Source: an uncultured delta proteobacterium
Lineage (GTDB): Bacteria; Desulfobacterota; Binatia; UBA9968
Reading direction: 5' to 3'
Length of the DNA stretch: 64,000 nucleotides
Assembly: GCA_963771465.1 (NCBI GenBank)
Contig: CAVYTU010000015.1
Location: 896,001 to 960,000, forward strand
The translations under genes and the position numbers were made by a program. Below the pieces are notes generated by a model that saw only the letters and a program-made list of their open reading frames with translations, was not told where the DNA came from and searched no databases. Numbering within the stretch: position 1 is the stretch's first letter; each line of letters opens with the position of its first letter. Shown one piece after another: positions 57,710 through 64,000 of the stretch.

Positions 57710-60185
57710 TCAGCGTCCAAACAAACCTTTGAGGCCTTGGCGAATCAATTCTTCGGTGGAGTTTTTCTTCTTCTTTCTGTCATCGGCGGCGGGTTCGTTG
57801 TCCTCAGGCGCGGACGCCGGCTTGCGGCCGAAAAATCTTTGTTGCAAGTCGTCCATGCCCCTGCGGGCAAATCCCCGCTGTGCCATCTGCGCCAAGTAAT
57901 TAGTATCGGGCTTGGGTTTGACATTGGGCATTGTGCCGGTGAGCGCGAGCGGGATTTCGAGTTGGCCTTGATCGTTGAAGAGATATTTTATTTCTCGCGC
58001 TGACTGGCTCAAGTCAGTCGACAATCGCTGGGAAAAGGCGACCGTCGAGCGGACATCCACCCGGCGCGTGAAATCGGCCCAGCCTTTTCCCCGCGCACTG
58101 AAGTCCGCCGCAGCCATGCGCAGATCTTGAATGTTAATCCGGCCGTCGGCGATCTCGAAATTGGCTTTCAATTCCTTGAACTCGGTGTCCTTAGCGGTAA
58201 ACGTCTCCGGATATTTTTTTCGCAGCGCCGGATTGAAGGCGTTGGTCAAGCCCGGGATGCCGGTGACACCGCTCAGGGCACCCTCGGCGATATTGAAATT
58301 GAGCAGCGCCCCCTGCACGACCTCCGCGTCGCCTTGACCGCGCAGCGTCGGCTTGATCTCTTCCCAGCTCCTGCCGCTGCCTGCAAGTTTCATATCCGCG
58401 TTCATGCGGCCGCGAACATCGCGCTCGGCCTTGCCATCGAGGGCGGTGTAGAGTTCTTTCACATCGATGCCTTGCACCTTCGACGTAACAACAAAACTTG
58501 GCGTTTGCTCCTTGAACGAATACTGACCGTCCAATTGCACTGTGCCCGCCAGCGCATTGATCTTAAGACCGCGAACGGTGACCACCTTATCGGCAACTGA
58601 TCAGCTTCGCGTCGAGCCCTTTGTAAACGACGTTGTAGAGCGTGCCGTCCGCGGAGTTGAGTGTTCCTTGATAGGTCACGTTGCCGCCGGCCAGGGTGAA
58701 TTGCCCTTCGCTGCGCAAATTGCGAATGATGTCAGCCTTGCGATCCTCCGGCAGACCGACGCGGTAGTCGCCCGGCCAAAGTTCCGGCGTCGACATTTTG
58801 TAGGTAATCGCCAAAGGCGAAAACTTCTCGATCGCCGCAGCGAGCTGGATCTTCGATTTGCCAAGCCTTAGAGTCATGTCGGAAATATCGGCGCGCTGGC
58901 CGGTGAAATTGATCCGGGTATCGATATCCTCGATGGCAGTGGGAAAGTCCGGCGGTTTCGCGCTCACTTTCTTGAGCGTGAGCGTGCCTTGGATCTGCGG
59001 TGTCGCGCCCTTGCCGGCTTGGCCGCGCACCGTCGCCTTGATCGCCATGTCGCCGGTCAAATCATAGCGCGCGATGGCCGGAATAATCTTTTCCCAGCCG
59101 GCGAGCGCGGCCGGTTCGGAATTGACGTTGAGATTGAGTACGGTGACATTGCCGAGCTGGACATCGCCCGCCGCTGCGATTTTTAGATTGTTGAGCGTGA
59201 GATTGGCCTTGCGTAGCGAAATCTTATCGCCGGCGTAGCGCGCCTCCGTCGAAAGCGTCAGCGCAATACCCGCGGGCTTTTGAAAGCCGCTGCCATAACC
59301 CACGGCGCCGCGACTGCCGTCGATCTCGCCGTTGAGCGCCAGGTCCATCAGCGTGCCATTGAATTTCAGCGCTTTGACGCTAAACAGGCCGGCAAGTTCG
59401 AGATCCTTGGGTAGAACATTTTTCAATTTGGGTAGCGCTTTTTTGAGTTGGGTCATGTCGAGCGGATCGAGATCCAGTTCGCCGCTCACCGGCACTTGAC
59501 TAAAACCGGCGTTCGAACCGAGCGGACCGATCTTGCCGGTGAGTTTTACATTTTGCTTATCGGCGAAAACCGCGCCGGCGAGCTTGACCGAAAACGGCCG
59601 GTCAAAATCGAAGTCCTCGACTGCCAAATCTATTTGCCGGGCGCGCAGATCACTGCCGTCTTTCCTGTCGATGTAGCGGATATCGCCGCCGTCGATGTTC
59701 ACCAAGGAGAATTGCAGCGTGGCGCCCTCTTTGCCGTCCTTGGGTTTCGCTTGCGCCGGATCTTGCTCGCCCCGCGATTGCTTTTCCTTTTCGCTCTTAC
59801 CAATGGTGGAGAAATTGAACTCGCCGTTGGCGGCGCGGACGATCTGAATCACCGGTTCGTGCAGCACTACGGTCTTGACCTGAAATTCTTTTCTGAGCAG
59901 CGGCCAGAACTGGAGTTTAACTTGGAGATCCTTGGCACGAACGAAATCGCCGCTGGAATATCTCGGATCATCGGTCATGGTGAAATTCGTCAGGCGCATG
60001 CCGACACCGCTAAATAATGTGGTCTCAATCTCGCCCACGGAGATTTTCCGTCCGAGCGCCTGCTCGGCCTGGCCGATCAGGAAATCTCGATTACGCTGAA
60101 CCAACGCGTTGAGATTGATCAGCATTGCGACGCTAACAGCCGCTAGCGTTACCGCGACAACACCGGCGATGATCCATTTGCGCAT
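57710..60185 (-). pseudogene. AsmA-family protein, split by a single frameshift near 58600
   Basis: N-terminal anchor MRKWII..., QALGRKISVG, DDP.YS, G.FNFS; continues in another frame (SVADKVVTVR...LALTGT..N....PD); the shift may be a sequencing error. Confidence 0.8.
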
Positions 60186-60457
60186 GCCTGTCCTCCTGAC
60201 GACGAATCCGCGCGCCTTTTTTCGACCGCTACGATAAAGTTTAAGTGGCAATGACGAAAGAAGAAAGAAAAAAACCGCGACGACCGACGGCGCGCGCGCT
60301 ATTTGCTAAGGAAACCCTAACCAGTAAAAGGCACCGCATCATCCCCAAGCGCGCTTTGCTTATCCCGCCTAAGAACGAATAGGTAAATGAGGGCGCACTT
60401 TGTCTCGAATGGAAATTTCCTTGCGAGGCGCTCGATCCGTAGCGAGAATTAATGGCG

Positions 60458-61297
60458 TTAGCCGTGCACGGCGGATTTACCGGCTACGCTGGGGGTCGTT
60501 GATCGCTGCTTAACTTCCAACATACGCGGTGACGGCCGCCCGACGTGAATGTGCGCGCCGGTCGACATGCCCAGCACTCGGCTGCGAAACGCCATGAACG
60601 GGATACCGTTGGTACGTAAAAAACTCATCAACGCGCGGCCTGGTCCGCTTTCAGGTTGGAGCGCAATATCGAGAGCGTCGCGATGATTCAAACCCATACT
60701 ATCATGGGTTGTAGACTGACCCAGCGCGCTGATCGGCAGCGGTTGGCCAAACCGCGCTTGAAAAAACTTGGCAATTTTTTCGGCCCCGGCGAGCGACCAG
60801 TTCGAAGTACCGCTGTAGCGAATCAAAGTCTCCGATTCCTCGTATTCTCCGGGGTTCATTTTCGATACTTGCGCCAATTTCTCCCGGACAGCGTTTTCGG
60901 CCAATGAAAGCGACACATCGTCTTCGGCGATCCATTCGCGCACGCGCTGCAATTCCAAGCGCGTGTTGGTCATCGCCCGCTCGCGATTTTCCAGTTCCGC
61001 CCGCGAAATTAAATCTTCAGCGTAGAGTTTCTTGCTCGCTTCATAATCGGCGCTTAACTGAGACAGCTTTTCTTCATAGAGCGGCAAGGTGTTTTGCCTT
61101 TGGTGCAGCGAAGCTTTTCTTCGATCGATGAGCATCATCCTCGTGGTGACGAGTTTCGTTGGTGAGGACCCGGGAGCTGTGGATCGAACAACCCGAGTTG
61201 TCATGGCTTTCTTCTTTATCTCCGCTGCAATGCTCGGCGCGGACCAAAACAGCACGATTGAAAGGATGACGGCAAGACAAGCAACGGATTTCATCAC
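60458..61297 (-). CDS. Secreted coiled-coil protein with C-terminal His/Asp metallopeptidase-like (M15/Hedgehog-type) motif
   Basis: Signal peptide, heptad region, then H.SMGLNHRDALDI...GAHIHVG. Confidence 0.7.
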   Translation of the reverse strand: MMKSVACLAVILSIVLFWSAPSIAAEIKKKAMTTRVVRSTAPGSSPTKLVTTRMMLIDRRKASLHQRQNTLPLYEEKLSQLSADYEASKKLYAEDLISRAELENRERAMTNTRLELQRVREWIAEDDVSLSLAENAVREKLAQVSKMNPGEYEESETLIRYSGTSNWSLAGAEKIAKFFQARFGQPLPISALGQSTTHDSMGLNHRDALDIALQPESGPGRALMSFLRTNGIPFMAFRSRVLGMSTGAHIHVGRPSPRMLEVKQRSTTPSVAGKSAVHG

Positions 61298-61541
61298 CGA
61301 ACCACGTGATCCCTATGAAAGAAGCAACCGGCGAAGGATAAACCCACACAGGCGTGCGAGCGACGAGCTCGATTGGGTTTTATCGCCGGCACCTCTTTAT
61401 AAGGTACAAAAATTATGCCAGGAATTGCTTGCTTTTCTTAACAACCACTTGGCGCGTCTATGACCGAAGAAGAGCAGTGGATTTCCTCTCGACAGAGTAA
61501 ATTGTTGGAGGTTTTGCCTTACATTCAAACCGAATCGCGCC

Positions 61542-62057
61542 CTACCATCGCTCCGTGCCCGGTTCGCCTTTCCACGGTCCGACAATCTCGTCTGTCACCC
61601 AGCCGCCATAGAAATAGCCTGGCTGCCCCCGGACACGCTGATTATTTACGAAACACTCCACTCGGCCGGGATAGAAAGAAAAATATTCCGCGATTAGTTC
61701 ATACGGCGGCTGCGCGGTCGGATAATTCCAAGCCATCGCTTCACGCGCTGGCGCCGAAGTTTTTAGCGCCCAGTACTTTGCCGTCCCTTTCCACTCACAC
61801 ACCGACGTGCCCGGAAAGGGCTGCAAAAGCTCGCCGCGAACGTCTTTTGGCGGAATGTAAAACGTCGGCGGTCCGGCGGTTTCCAGAATCCGAACGGTTG
61901 CGCGCGAGTCGGCGATAATCGTCTCCCCCAGCCGAACCACGACATGACGTTGGTCGGCGACTAATCTAGGCGGCCGCGGATAATCCCAAACCGATTCCTG
62001 ACCGGGACCGAGCGCTTCGGCAAAAGGTGGCCGCTTACGGCCGATGAATTCCCACAT
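61542..62057 (-). CDS. DUF427 family protein
   Basis: ESVWDYPRPP, LETAGPPTFY.P, SVCEWKG.A.YW, FYGGWVT motifs. Confidence 0.88.
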   Translation of the reverse strand: MWEFIGRKRPPFAEALGPGQESVWDYPRPPRLVADQRHVVVRLGETIIADSRATVRILETAGPPTFYIPPKDVRGELLQPFPGTSVCEWKGTAKYWALKTSAPAREAMAWNYPTAQPPYELIAEYFSFYPGRVECFVNNQRVRGQPGYFYGGWVTDEIVGPWKGEPGTERW

Positions 62058-62661
62058 GAATTCAAGTTCCTTTGTGCGGTCGTGCAGGCAATCGCGGCGC
62101 CCGATGTTTAAGCAATGTCGCAGCGATGTTGAAAACTCTGCCGACGCCAACAACCGATTAATGCAGCGCGACGAGTAAAGCACGTTTACAAGAATGCGCG
62201 TGATCGACCGCGAGTCAGCCGAATCAGTTCATTTCTTTTTCTTGCGCACACCGCCGGTGGCGCGATTACCCTTCCATCAAATCGGGCAAGCGTCTCGGCC
62301 TCTGTACTTATGTCCCCTGGAGCAAGTCTTCCAACCACCTTTGTTGGCAAGTGGCATATGTGAACAACCTACGAATGCGTTTAACCGTAGAATACGTTTC
62401 CGTGCTATTTAATCATTAGGCTGAGAGATCCGCTAGATCAATGGCCCCGCCCGCGTCGTCCACATCCAGGGATCACAGCACCGGATCATGCGCCGCTCCT
62501 AAAACATGCTCAACTGAAGGGGTTCTGGGAGGTGCTATTGCAGTATTCCCAGGACTGAGCCGTGCGCGGAATGTCAGAATCGGTCTTTTCATTCGCAGTA
62601 AAAACTCGCTACTCTGGGTCAATCCCTGGCGATCGATTCGGCAGGACAGGAGAGGTGCACC

Positions 62662-63531
62662 ATGAAGATAAATTCCAAAGATTTTCGCGTGCGCGAGGGC
62701 AAGCAAGTTAATTTGAAAAAGTGGCCTACGAAGGTCAAGCGATACTACGATTCAAAAAAGCATTTCCAGGAGATTTTACGCCAGCGCATTGAAAAGCTGA
62801 GCGATCTGCAAAGCATTCTCTACGCCGCCGACAGCCACGCGGTATTGCTGATCTTCCAGGCCATGGACGCCGCGGGAAAGGATAGCGCCATCAAACATGT
62901 GATGTCCGGCGTCAATCCCCAAGGCTGCCAGGTTTTTAGTTTCAAGCATCCAAGCCCGGAAGAACTGGACCATGATTTCTTATGGCGCACGACTCAGTGC
63001 CTGCCGGAGCGCGGCCGCATCGGTATTTTCAATCGTTCGTATTACGAAGAGGTGTTGATCGTTCGGGTGCACCCCGAACTGCTGCACAGCCAGCGGCTCC
63101 CCGAAGGAGCGCGACAAGAAAAGTCGGTCTGGCAGGATCGCTATCGATCGATCCGCGACATGGAATCGCACCTGCATCGCAGCGGCACTCGGATCATCAA
63201 ATTTTTTCTCCATCTGTCCAAAGAAGAGCAGCGTAAACGCTTCCTCGCCCGCATCGACGAGCCGGATAAGAATTGGAAATTCAGCATGGGCGATATGAAA
63301 GAGCGGGAACTTTGGAACGACTACATGAAGGCATATGAGGCCTGCCTGAGCGCCACCAGCACGCGCCATGCGCCGTGGTATGTTGTGCCGGCCGACGACA
63401 AAGCAAATGCCCGGCTGATCGTTTCGCAGATCATCCTGGACACACTCGAGGGAATGCCAATAGACTATCCGAAACTCAGCGCTGAGAAGCAAAAAGAACT
63501 GCGCTCGATTCGCAAACTGCTCGCCCGGTAA
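62662..63531 (+). CDS. ppk2: Polyphosphate kinase 2 family (class III-like)
   Basis: [54 protein letters not shown] motifs. Confidence 0.95.
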   Translation: MKINSKDFRVREGKQVNLKKWPTKVKRYYDSKKHFQEILRQRIEKLSDLQSILYAADSHAVLLIFQAMDAAGKDSAIKHVMSGVNPQGCQVFSFKHPSPEELDHDFLWRTTQCLPERGRIGIFNRSYYEEVLIVRVHPELLHSQRLPEGARQEKSVWQDRYRSIRDMESHLHRSGTRIIKFFLHLSKEEQRKRFLARIDEPDKNWKFSMGDMKERELWNDYMKAYEACLSATSTRHAPWYVVPADDKANARLIVSQIILDTLEGMPIDYPKLSAEKQKELRSIRKLLAR

Positions 63532-63619
63532 AATGAAATATCAACGTCTTTGGTTGGAAGCTCGGTTTAGCAGAATGAAGATCCGAACGCACCGTCTCCT
63601 GACTCACATTCAAAAACTA

Positions 63620-64000
63620 CTAAACCTTGCTGAGTTGAAGTTCGGACGGTATGGAAAGAAAATCCCTATAAATAGCGAGGACATCATCGCTCTCATTGTG
63701 CAAGAAGTGTCCCACATCCGGCACGATTTTTACGACACAATTCGGGATCTGGGCGGCCGCGAGGGTAACATCGTCTAAATCCATGACGGTATCCAGTGCG
63801 CCATTGATTATTAGAGTTTGCGCTTTGATGTGATGGAGGTCGACAACTTCGTTGATATGCTTGGTCGTTTCGAGTAACTGGCCATGCGCACGAAAATTAT
63901 CCATATGCTCTTTTTTGATATTCTTAAATTGATCGTACATTTTCTTTTTGAACGATTCGCTGAGATGCTGTCCGAAGTACTTGACGATTACGCCGGCCAC
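63620..64000 (-). CDS. Alpha/beta hydrolase C-terminal part (RhlA/PhaG-like; 5' partial)
   Basis: TLIINGALD and VGHFLHNE (Asp/His of the triad); runs off the window end. Confidence 0.7.
   Translation of the reverse strand: MAGVIVKYFGQHLSESFKKKMYDQFKNIKKEHMDNFRAHGQLLETTKHINEVVDLHHIKAQTLIINGALDTVMDLDDVTLAAAQIPNCVVKIVPDVGHFLHNESDDVLAIYRDFLSIPSELQLSKV

Noticed and set aside
61405-61421. Sigma-54 promoter TGGCATAATTTTTGT on the minus strand upstream of 61297
   Set aside because: The -12 element is GT rather than GC; plausible but unsupported
1-64000. CRISPR array, rRNA, tRNA
   Set aside because: No regularly spaced identical repeats, cas genes, cloverleaf or rRNA-like sequence seen by eye

Overview
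A GC-rich bacterial chromosomal segment, probably from a metagenome-assembled genome. The gene content suggests Candidatus Binatia/Binatota or a similar deltaproteobacterial-like lineage (inference only). The window is dominated by a catabolic and scavenging repertoire. It holds about 14 solute-binding proteins from three families (NMT1/SsuA-like, Bug/TctC, Fe/thiamine-type), almost all without cognate permeases. It also holds 3 luciferase-like monooxygenases, 4 amidohydrolases, and VOC, cupin, ABM, RidA, GNAT and hydrolase genes. Housekeeping or envelope genes include pal, rlpA, pgm, ppk2, an AsmA-family gene, a prolyl oligopeptidase and a YadGH-like ABC-2 pair. I saw no rRNA, tRNA or CRISPR array. 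The most notable observations are: (i) an SBP + CX8CX2C radical SAM + methyltransferase operon; (ii) a decayed class III nucleotide cyclase whose N-terminal CxxC...Cxx(TGA) motif may mark a selenocysteine sensor domain; (iii) an orphan GspE/PilB ATPase with four MshEN-like motifs, split by one in-frame TAA; (iv) a di-heme bCcP/MauG-like lipoprotein apparently lacking peroxidase catalytic residues, next to a RAYT-like transposase remnant bracketed by two palindromic direct repeats; (v) several distinct families of intergenic palindromic or periodic repeats; (vi) an unlisted 56-aa membrane protein; (vii) many frameshifted, chimeric or remnant genes. All calls come from motif reading by eye; no database search was run.
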